Source: Oscillospiraceae bacterium
GTDB taxonomy: Bacteria > Bacillota > Clostridia > Oscillospirales > CAG-272
DNA length: 64,000 nt
Assembly (NCBI GenBank): GCA_015063645.1
Contig: SVTS01000004.1
Location: forward strand, 1,155 to 65,154
Reading direction: 5' to 3'
Shown here: piece by piece, positions 54,090 to 63,116 of the stretch
Layout of the letters: the number at the start of each line of letters is the position of its first letter
How positions within the stretch are numbered: position 1 is the first letter of the stretch
Notes under the pieces: generated by a model
Told to the model about the DNA's origin: nothing
What the model saw: the letters and a program-made list of their open reading frames with translations, nothing else
Databases searched by the model: none
Program-made: the position numbers and the translations under genes

Positions 54090-55520
54090 ATGAAACTCTA
54101 CAATTCTCTCTCCCACGAAAAAGAGGAATTCATTCCCCACGAGCCGGGCAAGGTGAGCATGTACACCTGCGGTCCGACCGTGTATCATTTCGCGCACATC
54201 GGCAATCTGCGTTCCTATATCATGGAGGATGCGCTGGAGAAATATCTCCGCTACGACGGTTACGACGTAAAGCGCGTTATGAACATCACCGACGTAGGTC
54301 ATCTGACCAGCGACGCGGACACCGGCGAGGACAAGATGCTCAAGGGTGCGAAGCGCGAGAAGAAAACCGTCATGGAGATCGCGAAATTCTACACCGACGC
54401 GTTCTTCGCTGACTGTGAAAAGCTGAACATCAAGAAGCCCGACGTGATTGAGCCGGCAACCGGCTGCATTCCGGAGTTCATTCAGATGGTACAGGGACTG
54501 CTGGAAAAGGGCTACGCCTACATTTCCGGCGGCAACGTGTATTTTGACACCTCCAAGCTGGAAAAGTATTACGTCTTCAACAATTTTGAGGCGGAAGATC
54601 TGGAAGTCGGCGTCCGTGAGGGCGTTGAGGAGGACACCAGCAAGAAGAACAAGGCGGACTTTGTTCTGTGGTTCACCAAGTCCAAGTTTGAGGATCAGGA
54701 ACTGAAGTGGGACAGCCCCTGGGGCATCGGTTATCCCGGCTGGCATATTGAGTGCTCCGCCATCAGCCTGAAGCACAACGGCGAGTATCTGGATCTGCAC
54801 TGCGGCGGCATCGACAATGCGTTCCCGCATCACACGAACGAAATTGCTCAGTCCGAGGCGTATCTGGGACATCCGTGGTGCAAATACTGGTTCCACATTC
54901 TGCATCTGAACACAAACAGCGGCAAGATGAGCAAATCCAAGGGCGAATTCCTGACGGTTTCCCTGCTGGAGGAGAAGGGCTACGATCCGATCGTATACCG
55001 TTTCTTCTGTCTGCAGTCCCATTACCGCCGCTCGCTGGTCTTCTCCTGGGAGGGGCTGGACAATGCCGCAACGGCGTATGACAAGCTGATCGCGAAGATC
55101 GCCGCGCTGGATCCGGCGAAGAAGGAGCCGGCAAACGCGGATGCGGAAGCCGCTGTACGCGCATCCTTCAAGGAAGCGCTGGACAACGATCTGAACACAT
55201 CTCTGGCGGTAACGGCGGTATACGATGTGCTGAAGGCACCGATCTCCGACGCGGCAAAGAGACAGATTCTGGGTGAGTTCGACGCGGTGCTGTCGCTGAA
55301 TCTGCTGAAGGCGGCAGACGCGAAGCGCGCGGAGGCAGAGACGGATGCGCCTGCCGGCGACAGCGAGCTGATCGCGAAGATCGAGGCGATGATCGCCGAG
55401 CGTGCGGCTGCGAAGAAGGCGAAGAATTACGCCCGTGCGGACGAGATCCGCGCTGAGCTGAGCGCGATGGGCGTGACGCTGAAGGACACGCCGAACGGCA
55501 CGGAGTTTACGATTGCGTAA
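54090..55520 (+). CDS. cysS: cysteine--tRNA ligase
   Basis: MYTCGPTVYHFAHIGNLR (HIGH), KMSKSKG (KMSKS); start at MKLYNSL 54090. Confidence 0.95.
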   Translation: MKLYNSLSHEKEEFIPHEPGKVSMYTCGPTVYHFAHIGNLRSYIMEDALEKYLRYDGYDVKRVMNITDVGHLTSDADTGEDKMLKGAKREKKTVMEIAKFYTDAFFADCEKLNIKKPDVIEPATGCIPEFIQMVQGLLEKGYAYISGGNVYFDTSKLEKYYVFNNFEAEDLEVGVREGVEEDTSKKNKADFVLWFTKSKFEDQELKWDSPWGIGYPGWHIECSAISLKHNGEYLDLHCGGIDNAFPHHTNEIAQSEAYLGHPWCKYWFHILHLNTNSGKMSKSKGEFLTVSLLEEKGYDPIVYRFFCLQSHYRRSLVFSWEGLDNAATAYDKLIAKIAALDPAKKEPANADAEAAVRASFKEALDNDLNTSLAVTAVYDVLKAPISDAAKRQILGEFDAVLSLNLLKAADAKRAEAETDAPAGDSELIAKIEAMIAERAAAKKAKNYARADEIRAELSAMGVTLKDTPNGTEFTIA

Positions 55521-55575
55521 AGGGGAAACGCTGGGGGATTTTTGAAAAAATCCCCCAGCCCCCAAAAACTTTTAT
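55521..55575. repeat. family B palindromic repeat
   Basis: GCTGGGGGATTTTTGAAAAAATCCCCCAGC followed by CCCCAAAAACTTTTAT (compare 25084..25106). Confidence 0.65.
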
Positions 55576-55577
55576 AT

Positions 55578-55626
55578 AAAAAAGTACAGCTGAACGTGTA
55601 CGAAAAAGTTCAGCTGTACTTTTTTA
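55578..55626. terminator. bidirectional terminator between cysS and SBP gene
   Basis: AAAAAGTACAGCTGAAC-12 nt-GTTCAGCTGTACTTTTTT. Confidence 0.8.
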
Positions 55627-55628
55627 TT

Positions 55629-55677
55629 AAGTTTGGGAAAGGGGTCTGGGGGAACCCTTTTCAAAGGGTTCCCCCAG
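55629..55677. repeat. family B palindromic repeat
   Basis: AAGTTTGGGAAAGGGGTCTGGGGGAACCCTTTTCAAAGGGTTCCCCCAG (compare 48593..48647). Confidence 0.65.
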
Positions 55678-55685
55678 CGTATCTC

Positions 55686-57170
55686 TTATTCGCCCTTGAA
55701 GGTCTTGATCAGTTCAGCCAGTTTCTGCTCAGCGGCAGGCAGCTTGGACTGTACGGTGGAAACGTAGTCAGAGGAGTTATTGGTGATCAGGGTACGGAAC
55801 ACGTGAGCGATGCTGTTGAGAGAGGAGTTATAAGCAAAGATGAAGTTGGTGGACATGGAATCCTTGATCATATCGATCATCTGGGAAGAAATGTCGTCAC
55901 GGGCATACTTCAGCTTCAGTGCGGATTCATACCATGCGGGAGTTACGCGGCGGTAGGATTCAGCGGCGAGAGCTTCCAGCATTGCGCCGGTAAATGCCAG
56001 ATCCTTGGAGGTGATGGAAACACCGGTCAGATGGTTGGTGTCATGTACAACGGAGTGGTATGCTGTCTGCTCGTCATAGATCTTCGGGTTGGGCAGATAA
56101 CCGTAGTCATCCTCCATGTCACGCATACCGGTAGCGTTATTCAGGAGACCGTTGCCCATGAACAGGGATCTTCCCTCGGTGAAAATCTGAACTTCCTTAC
56201 CGCCGGACTTGGTATTGACTGCCTGCTGGTGGAAGAATACGTTCAGCTTATCCAGCAGCTTGATGGCTTCGTCGTTGATCATGTTCAACTGAATAAAGCC
56301 GTCCTTATCACGGGTAGTGAGCGGAACCTCGGAACCGTAAACAAAGCCGTCGGTAGTAGAGAGAAGCTGATTAGTGATGAAGCCAAGCTGGTCAGTGGTA
56401 TCCACCACGCCGTTGCCGTCCAGATCGGAGTACGCGCCGGAAACGAGGGTGTTCAGCTTATCCAGCGTCCACTTGCCGTCCAGAGCGTCCTTGTACAGTT
56501 CGTTGGGATCGCCGTAGAGCTTTTCATAGAGAACCTTATTGAAGAAAAGTGCACGGATATATGCGATGGTCTGGGTATTATAATCGCTGGCGAGCAGGAA
56601 ACGGTAGTCCTTGCCGAGGGAGATCTCATCCATGAAGTTGTTCATCCACCACGGCTGATCGAAATTCACGTGGGGAAGTTCAAAGCCGTTGACGAACATC
56701 TTCTGGGAAACGAGGGAGGTCATACCGTACTGAGAGCCGACGTAGATATCATATGTTGCATCTCCTGCCAGAATCAGCGTGGAAACTGCGGCGGGGATTT
56801 CCTTATAGTTCTTATTTTCGGTAACCATATTCAGCTTGACGCCAAAACGGTCCTCAACATTTGCATTTCTTTCCCAAACAGCTTCGACAACAACGTCACC
56901 GGCTTTTTCTTCCTTACCGGCATAAAAGTCATCAAAAACAGCCTGGGTACCGATATAGATGCCGAAAGTCTTGCCGTCGAATTTCAGATCGGCAGGGAGA
57001 TCGTCCTTGATCTCATGGCGCTCGGTCTCCGGGGGTTCGGTTTCAACGGGAGCGGTGGATTCTGTGGAAGCGGTGGTATCGGCAGGCTTGCCGGAATCGG
57101 AGCAGGCTGCCATTGCGGGAATCAGCATCAGGGATGCCAGAATCGCTGCAAGAATACGCTTGGTTGCCAT
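55686..57170 (-). CDS. extracellular solute-binding lipoprotein, large SBP family, paralog group A
   Basis: Start MATKRILAAILASLMLIPAMAACSDSG (RBS AAGGAGAG); near-identical architecture and C-terminus to 120..1613. Confidence 0.85.
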   Translation of the reverse strand: MATKRILAAILASLMLIPAMAACSDSGKPADTTASTESTAPVETEPPETERHEIKDDLPADLKFDGKTFGIYIGTQAVFDDFYAGKEEKAGDVVVEAVWERNANVEDRFGVKLNMVTENKNYKEIPAAVSTLILAGDATYDIYVGSQYGMTSLVSQKMFVNGFELPHVNFDQPWWMNNFMDEISLGKDYRFLLASDYNTQTIAYIRALFFNKVLYEKLYGDPNELYKDALDGKWTLDKLNTLVSGAYSDLDGNGVVDTTDQLGFITNQLLSTTDGFVYGSEVPLTTRDKDGFIQLNMINDEAIKLLDKLNVFFHQQAVNTKSGGKEVQIFTEGRSLFMGNGLLNNATGMRDMEDDYGYLPNPKIYDEQTAYHSVVHDTNHLTGVSITSKDLAFTGAMLEALAAESYRRVTPAWYESALKLKYARDDISSQMIDMIKDSMSTNFIFAYNSSLNSIAHVFRTLITNNSSDYVSTVQSKLPAAEQKLAELIKTFKGE

Positions 57171-57269
57171 GGTATTACTCTCCTTAATTATAATATTTGA
57201 TGTCAATATTAATAATACCACACATCGGCAGATTTGTCAAGCCCAATTGGTTTTTTGGATGGCATAAAG

Positions 57270-57298
57270 AAAACAGCACCGGAAACCGGTGCTGTTTT
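57270..57298 (-). terminator. terminator of 57316..57978
   Basis: AAAACAGCACCGG-aaa-CCGGTGCTGTTTT. Confidence 0.8.
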
Positions 57299-57315
57299 GA
57301 TATGTAAGAACTGAA

Positions 57316-57978
57316 TTATCTCTTCTTCTTCAGAACAACGGTACCTGCGAGAGATACAGCTGCGACGGCGGCAACGATGATGCCTGCGTCAAAGGTAGCG
57401 GGAGCCGCAGGAGTTGCAGCGGGCTTGGTGGTTGCAGCGGGAGCCTTGGTGGTCTCCTCAGCCGGCTTAGGTACGTAGATGCGGAGAGCAGCCTTATCGC
57501 CTTCCGTTACGGCACGGGTAGGAGTAACAGACAGGTTGAAAGCGCGAACTGCGAAAGTACCCCACCATTCCTTGGTAACTTCAACAACATTGGTGTTTAC
57601 GTTGCCGGGACGGGCGACGTCATCCTTGGAGAGATCGGCATTAACCCATCCCTCGGGACGGTACTGATAGCCTGCGTCAACGATGATGATGGAGCCAACG
57701 GGCAGTTCCTTCTGGGTGAAGGTCTTGGATGCGATGTAGTTGGGCAGATTGGAAGCGTCGCTGTTTGCCTTGCTGATTACAACATTGCCATATGTGGTAT
57801 CGCTGGAGTTGTAATAAGCGTTCATCTCGCCGAACCAATCGAGAGCAACATAGTCGGAAGACTTCTTGCCGAGGGACTCGATGAGTTTGGCATCGGCGGA
57901 CGGAACAGCAGCGATAGAGGGAGCCATCATGGCAACTACCATGAGAGCGCAGAGGAGAAATGCAGCGAACTTTTTCAT
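57316..57978 (-). CDS. secreted protein of unknown function with C-terminal PATFDA-TM-KKKR anchor
   Basis: Signal peptide MKKFAAFLLCALMVVAMMAPSIAA; T/P/A/K linker, APATFDA, hydrophobic helix GIIVAAVAAVSLAGTVV, LKKKR end. Confidence 0.7.
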   Translation of the reverse strand: MKKFAAFLLCALMVVAMMAPSIAAVPSADAKLIESLGKKSSDYVALDWFGEMNAYYNSSDTTYGNVVISKANSDASNLPNYIASKTFTQKELPVGSIIIVDAGYQYRPEGWVNADLSKDDVARPGNVNTNVVEVTKEWWGTFAVRAFNLSVTPTRAVTEGDKAALRIYVPKPAEETTKAPAATTKPAATPAAPATFDAGIIVAAVAAVSLAGTVVLKKKR

Positions 57979-58084
57979 GATATAACCCTTTCTGGTGGAA
58001 AAATTGTAATATAATATTACTGGTTATAGTATAGCATCGATATGTGTGAATTACAATACAAAAAATCAACAAAGAAAGAACCAA

Positions 58085-58115
58085 AAACAAACAAAGCATC
58101 GGAAAAACCGATGCT
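58085..58115 (-). terminator. terminator of 58126..59613
   Basis: AGCATCGG-aaaaa-CCGATGCT with U-rich tract on the minus strand. Confidence 0.7.
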
Positions 58116-58125
58116 CTGCTTGTTA

Positions 58126-59613
58126 TCAGCCTTGGTTTCCGGCCTGGATCGTCGCGATCAGATCGGCGATTGCATTTGCGGCGACTGTCCGCTTGGATGC
58201 ATCGTGGGTCACAAGGGTGTTCTTTCCCTGATTAACCACTTTGTAGATCTGCGTCAGATAGCTGCCCCAGTTGTACACGGAGCCGATATCCATCACCAGC
58301 GTATTGTGGATAATTTCCAGCATATCCACGGATTGCACATCGCGCGCGAGCTTGGATTCCAGATACGCCTCGTAGAATACGGGCAAGACGTTATAGTAGG
58401 ATTCGTATGCCATTGCCTCCAGCACAAAAGAGACATCATCGACATTCTTTACGCTGATCGGCACGGCGAACATGGGAACATTAAAACAGGAAGCGGTATG
58501 GATATAGTTCTCCTGCTCGGCATTCGCCTTCGGTATGGGCAGAATACCGTAGTTGATCTCATACTCGCGGCAACCGTCCTCCAGCATGGAAATCTGCACC
58601 AGGAGCTGATCGTTCTGCATCATGCGGTTGGATTCCGTCCAGATGTGATCCACGTTCTTGATGTTGCGGATACAGAGGTAATTGGTGGTGTCGGCAAAGA
58701 TGTTGTTCACCAGCTTATCCCAGAGGTTAATGGCCTCCTCGGTAGCGGCGGTAATGTAGGGAATATCGTTTTCATCCTTGTCAGCGATCAGGTAGCCCGC
58801 CCCTACGGCCAGACAGTAGCCGGAGTAGTCATCGGCGCTGTGACCCCAGCGGTCGTTGTTGTCGCGGACGCCGTCACCGTTCAGATCGGCGGCACCGACC
58901 CTAATCAGCTTGATGAACTCGTCCAGCGTCCAGGTGCCGTCATACGCCATCTGATAGTAATTGTTGATATCCAGACCGTTGTCCTTCATCAAATCAATAT
59001 TGACGATCGGATGATAAAGCCACTGCCGGGAGGTGAGGCTGAATGCATTGGCGGACATGAACAGCTTGTTCATCAGTGTAAGAGAGTCGTTCAGCTGATG
59101 AAACCACCACGGCTGATCAAAATCCTGATACTTCAGGGTATTCATATCGTAAAGCAGATTGCCTGAAACGTAATAAATCAGGCTGTTGCGTGGGCCGTCG
59201 ATCAGCACCTGATAGGAGTCGTCACCCGCCTGCACGTTCTGCAGGATATCCTTGGTGGGCGTGGCCTGGTTGGTGGGAGAGATCTGAAGTATTTCAAAAT
59301 TATACTTCTCGTTCAGCGCCAGATTACGCGCATAGACCGCATCGTTGACGCTTTCGCCGTTCTCCTCCTCAGCATATACACCCTTTTCGGTCTTGCCGTA
59401 GAAGGTGAACACCTGCCCCTCCAGATCCATCGCCTTGGGCAGACCGGAGGGAATTTTGGTCTCCTCCGGCTCGGTGACTGCGGGAGCGGTGGATTCCGTA
59501 CTTTTGTCGGAGGTTTCCGGCGTATCGTCCGCATCCGGCGCCGAGCATGCGGTCAGTGCGGAGCCAAGCATCACGGATACCAGAAGCACTGCGGTAATTT
59601 TTCTGATATTCAT
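58126..59613 (-). CDS. extracellular solute-binding lipoprotein, large SBP family, paralog group B
   Basis: MNIRKITAVLLVSVMLGSALTACSAPD lipobox; shares ..PEETKIPSGLPKAMDLEGQ.. and C-terminal ..Q(A/K)GN(Q/E)G with the next two genes. Confidence 0.85.
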   Translation of the reverse strand: MNIRKITAVLLVSVMLGSALTACSAPDADDTPETSDKSTESTAPAVTEPEETKIPSGLPKAMDLEGQVFTFYGKTEKGVYAEEENGESVNDAVYARNLALNEKYNFEILQISPTNQATPTKDILQNVQAGDDSYQVLIDGPRNSLIYYVSGNLLYDMNTLKYQDFDQPWWFHQLNDSLTLMNKLFMSANAFSLTSRQWLYHPIVNIDLMKDNGLDINNYYQMAYDGTWTLDEFIKLIRVGAADLNGDGVRDNNDRWGHSADDYSGYCLAVGAGYLIADKDENDIPYITAATEEAINLWDKLVNNIFADTTNYLCIRNIKNVDHIWTESNRMMQNDQLLVQISMLEDGCREYEINYGILPIPKANAEQENYIHTASCFNVPMFAVPISVKNVDDVSFVLEAMAYESYYNVLPVFYEAYLESKLARDVQSVDMLEIIHNTLVMDIGSVYNWGSYLTQIYKVVNQGKNTLVTHDASKRTVAANAIADLIATIQAGNQG

Positions 59614-59784
59614 GGAAATTCTCCTTTATATATGTATATCTGCATATATATTATAGCACAGTCATTGCCGCAAAAGTGTTTATTTTATTTCAAATACTGC
59701 AGCGGAAATACATATTCTGTCTCACATCTGTCCGCTTCCCAGCCGATAATTGCTCCATCCTCTCACACCACCGGGGTGCTTCAA

Positions 59785-59816
59785 AAAAGAGCACCGGATT
59801 ATTCCGATGCTCTTTT
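59785..59816 (-). terminator. terminator of 59827..61302
   Basis: AAAAGAGCACCGG-attatt-CCGATGCTCTTTT (one mismatch). Confidence 0.7.
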
Positions 59817-59826
59817 GTGTCATTTA

Positions 59827-61302
59827 TCAGCCTTCGTTGCCCTTCTTGACCTTTTCGATCAGATCGTCGATGGTCTTCTGAGCAGCTTCTTTCTTGGAAG
59901 CGTCGAAAGTAACGAGAGTGTTCTTACCCTGGTTAACGACCTTATAAATCTCGTTCAGATAGCCGCCCCAGCCGTAGCATGCGCCTGCATCCAGAACGAT
60001 GGTATCGTGAACGATACGGAGCATGTCAACGGATTCCTTATCGCGTACCAGCTTGGTCTCGAGATAGTTCTCATAGAAATCAGGTAGTACTTCGTAGTAA
60101 GAATCGTATGCCATTGCTTCCAGAACGAAGGAGATATCGTCCAGATTCTTTGCGGTGATCGGCACACCCATCATCGGCACGTTATAACCGGAGGAGGTGT
60201 GGTAGTAGCTCTCCTGATCCGCAGTAGCCTTCGGAATCGGCAGGATACCGTAATCAACTTCAAATTCACGGTGAGTGTTGCTCAAAGTAGCGATGTAGGT
60301 CAGAATCTGATTGTTGCGGAACATACGGGTCTGCTCAGACCAGATGGAGGATACGTTCTTGATATTGCGGATGCAGAGGTAGTTGTTCGCGTCAGCGAAG
60401 ATGTTGTTAACCAGCTTGTCCCAGAGAGTGATACCCTCTTCGGTAGCGGCAGAGATAACGGGTTTGTCATTCTCGTCCTTCTGGGTGATCATGTAACCGC
60501 CGCCAACTGCCAGAACGTAGCCTGCGTAGTCCTCGCCGGTGTGACCCCAACGGTCATTGTTGTCGCGGACACCGTCACCGTTCAGATCAACGGCACCGTT
60601 CTTGATCAGCTTGATGAACTCGTCCTGTGTCCACTTATTGTCATACACCATCTGGTAGTAGGTGTTCATGTCCAGATTGTTCGCCTTCATCAGATCCTTG
60701 TTGACAAAGATCAGATACAGGAATTCACGGGTCTTGAAAGAGAAGGAACCTGCGGTCATGTACAGCTTGTTTGCCAGAGATACGGACTTGTTCAGTTCCT
60801 GGAACCACCAGGGCTGATCAAAGTCCTGATACTTCATGGTGGTCATGTCCACCAGAAGCATGTTGGTTACATAGTTCTTCAGCGAGTTGCCGGGACCGTC
60901 GATGAGAACCTGGTAAGCGTCATCGCCAGCCTGTACGGAAGCCATGATATCCTTGGTGGGGTTGGTCTGGTTCTTCAGAATTTCCTGATAAACCGTGAAA
61001 TTGTACTGCTCCTGCAGACGGCGGTTGCGGTCGAAAACGAGGTCATTGATCGTTTCGCCCGTCTCTTCCTCAGCATAGACACCGGTCTCGGTCTTGCCGT
61101 AGAAGATGAACTTCTGACCCTTCAGATCCATCTTTTCAGGCAGACCGGAGGGGATTCTGGTTTCCTCGGGTTCAGTGGTCACTTCGGGGGTAGTTTCTGC
61201 GGGTGCGGTGGTATCGGTGCTTTCGGCGGGAGCCTCGGAGCACGCGGCAAGAGTACTTCCCAGCATCAGAGCGGCGAGAAGCAGTGCCATAATCTTCTTC
61301 AT
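59827..61302 (-). CDS. extracellular solute-binding lipoprotein, large SBP family, paralog group B
   Basis: MKKIMALLLAALMLGSTLAACSEAP lipobox; very similar to 61461..62948 along the full length, at protein and DNA level. Confidence 0.85.
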   Translation of the reverse strand: MKKIMALLLAALMLGSTLAACSEAPAESTDTTAPAETTPEVTTEPEETRIPSGLPEKMDLKGQKFIFYGKTETGVYAEEETGETINDLVFDRNRRLQEQYNFTVYQEILKNQTNPTKDIMASVQAGDDAYQVLIDGPGNSLKNYVTNMLLVDMTTMKYQDFDQPWWFQELNKSVSLANKLYMTAGSFSFKTREFLYLIFVNKDLMKANNLDMNTYYQMVYDNKWTQDEFIKLIKNGAVDLNGDGVRDNNDRWGHTGEDYAGYVLAVGGGYMITQKDENDKPVISAATEEGITLWDKLVNNIFADANNYLCIRNIKNVSSIWSEQTRMFRNNQILTYIATLSNTHREFEVDYGILPIPKATADQESYYHTSSGYNVPMMGVPITAKNLDDISFVLEAMAYDSYYEVLPDFYENYLETKLVRDKESVDMLRIVHDTIVLDAGACYGWGGYLNEIYKVVNQGKNTLVTFDASKKEAAQKTIDDLIEKVKKGNEG

Positions 61303-61350
61303 GATGAATTCCTCCTATGATACAATAAATAGTACAGATTATGCATTTTT

Positions 61351-61379
61351 AGTTTATCACTTTCCGAACAGTTTGTCAA
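61351..61379 (-). promoter_or_regulatory. sigma-A promoter of 59827..61302
   Basis: Minus strand TTGACA-17 nt-(TGa)TAAACT. Confidence 0.55.
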
Positions 61380-61400
61380 CAGAAATTCGCATTTTACCAT

Positions 61401-61443
61401 AAAAAACCGTGCACCGCAGAGACCTGCGGTGCACGGCAAAAAA
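61401..61443 (-). terminator. terminator of 61461..62948
   Basis: CCGTGCACCGCAG-agac-CTGCGGTGCACGG with A-run and T-run flanks. Confidence 0.8.
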
Positions 61444-61460
61444 CGGGAATATTCTTTTTA

Positions 61461-62948
61461 TCAGCCTTCGTTGCCGGCCTTGACTCTTTCGATCACAGTA
61501 TCGATGGTCTTCTGAGTGGATGCCTTCTTGGATGCATCAAAGGTAACGAGAGTATTGGTACCGGTATTGACTACCTTGTAGATCTCGTTCAGGTAGTAGC
61601 CCCAACCGTATACGGCACCGGCGTCCAGAACGATGGTGTCATGGACGATACGGAGCATATCCACGGACTCGCGGTCACGAACCAGCTTGGTCTCGAGGTA
61701 ATCCTCATAGAAGGTAGGCAGTACATCGTAGTAAGAGGTGTATGCCATGGCTTCCAGAACGAAGGAGATCTCGTCCAGGTTCTTGGCCGTGATCGGCACG
61801 CCCATCAGAGGTACGTTGTAGCTGGATGCGGTGTGGTAGTAGGATTCCTGATCCAGAGATCCCTTCGGGATCGGCAGGATGCCGTAGTCGATCTCATATT
61901 CGCGATATGCGTTGCCCAGCGTGGTGATCCAGGTCATGGCCTGATCGTTCTGGATCATACGGGTCATCTCGGACCAGATAGAAGATACGTTCTTGATATT
62001 GCGGATGCAGAGGTAGTTATTCGCGTTGGCGAAGATGTTATTAACCAGTTTATCCCACAGAATGACACCCTCTTCGGTAGCGGCGGAAACAATGGGCCTG
62101 TCATTCTCGTCCTTCTGGGTAATCATGTAGCCGGCACCGACTGCGAGGCAGTAGCCTGCGTAGTCCTCACCGAGGTGACCCCAGCGGTCATTGTGGTCGC
62201 GGACGCCGTCACCGTTCAGATCGGCTGCGCCGACCTTGATCATCTTGATGAACTCATCGTTGGTCCAGGTGCCGTCATACGCCATCTGGTAATAGTCGGC
62301 GATATTCAGACCGTTGGCCTTCATCAGCTCGGTATTGCAGATAACCATGTACAGCCAGCTGCGGGCAGAGAGAGAGAAGGCACCGGCGGTCATGTACAGC
62401 TTGTTGGCCAGGGATACGGAGTCGTTCAGCTCCTGGAACCACCAGGGCTGCTCAAAGTCCTGATACTTCATGGTGGTCATATCCACCAGCAGCATATTGG
62501 TTACGAAATTGCGCAGGGAGTTGCCGGGTCCGTCGATAAGGACCTGATAGGTATCATCGCCTGCCTGAATAGAAGCCTGGATATCCTTGGTGGGGTTGGT
62601 CTGGTTTTTGAGCTTCTCCTGGAAGATCTTGAAGTTGTACTGTTCCTGAAGAGCCAGATTGCGGGCGAAAACAACGTCATTGACCTTGTCGCCGGTCTCT
62701 TCTTCCGCGTACACACCGGTCTCAGTCTTGCCGTAGAAGGTGAACGTCTGCCCCTTCAGATCCATTTTTTCGGGCAGACCGGAGGGGATCTTGGTCTCCT
62801 CAGGCTCTGTGGTCACTTCGGGAGTGGTTTCCACAACAGCGGTGGTACCGGTATCGGTGGTCTCCGCCGGTGTGTCAGAGCACGCGGCGAGAGTGCTTCC
62901 CAGCATCAGCGCGGCGAGAAGCATCGCGATCATACGCTTAGCGTTCAT
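61461..62948 (-). CDS. extracellular solute-binding lipoprotein, large SBP family, paralog group B
   Basis: MNAKRMIAMLLAALMLGSTLAACSDTP lipobox; tandem duplicate of 59827..61302. Confidence 0.85.
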   Translation of the reverse strand: MNAKRMIAMLLAALMLGSTLAACSDTPAETTDTGTTAVVETTPEVTTEPEETKIPSGLPEKMDLKGQTFTFYGKTETGVYAEEETGDKVNDVVFARNLALQEQYNFKIFQEKLKNQTNPTKDIQASIQAGDDTYQVLIDGPGNSLRNFVTNMLLVDMTTMKYQDFEQPWWFQELNDSVSLANKLYMTAGAFSLSARSWLYMVICNTELMKANGLNIADYYQMAYDGTWTNDEFIKMIKVGAADLNGDGVRDHNDRWGHLGEDYAGYCLAVGAGYMITQKDENDRPIVSAATEEGVILWDKLVNNIFANANNYLCIRNIKNVSSIWSEMTRMIQNDQAMTWITTLGNAYREYEIDYGILPIPKGSLDQESYYHTASSYNVPLMGVPITAKNLDEISFVLEAMAYTSYYDVLPTFYEDYLETKLVRDRESVDMLRIVHDTIVLDAGAVYGWGYYLNEIYKVVNTGTNTLVTFDASKKASTQKTIDTVIERVKAGNEG

Positions 62949-62988
62949 GATAATTCTCCTTTTACTAATATTTTATAAGGATATTATA

Positions 62989-63018
62989 ATTATAGCACTT
63001 TTTTGTACGGTATTGCAA
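62989..63018 (-). promoter_or_regulatory. sigma-A promoter of 61461..62948
   Basis: Minus strand TTGCAA-18 nt-(TGc)TATAAT. Confidence 0.6.
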
Positions 63019-63070
63019 TAGCAAAACACAAAAAATCACACTTGTTTTTAATAATACTCATTATCCTTTG

Positions 63071-63110
63071 AAAAAAACTTAAAACCTCCGTCACGGGCGG
63101 AGGTTTTAAG
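63071..63110 (-). terminator. terminator of 63117.. gene
   Basis: CTTAAAACCTCCG-7 nt-CGGAGGTTTTAAG with U-run on the minus strand. Confidence 0.75.
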
Positions 63111-63116
63111 TGTCCC

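Noticed and set aside
55542-57200. 552 aa plus-strand ORF, and similar ORFs at 483..1496, 25028..26131, 43078..44004, 58042..59166, 60199..61320 and 61641..62978
   Set aside because: Every SBP gene carries a long antisense ORF. The sense strands have lipobox signal peptides, RBSs and mutual paralogy, while the antisense products are V/G/I/H/Q-rich with no start signals. This is a codon-bias artefact.
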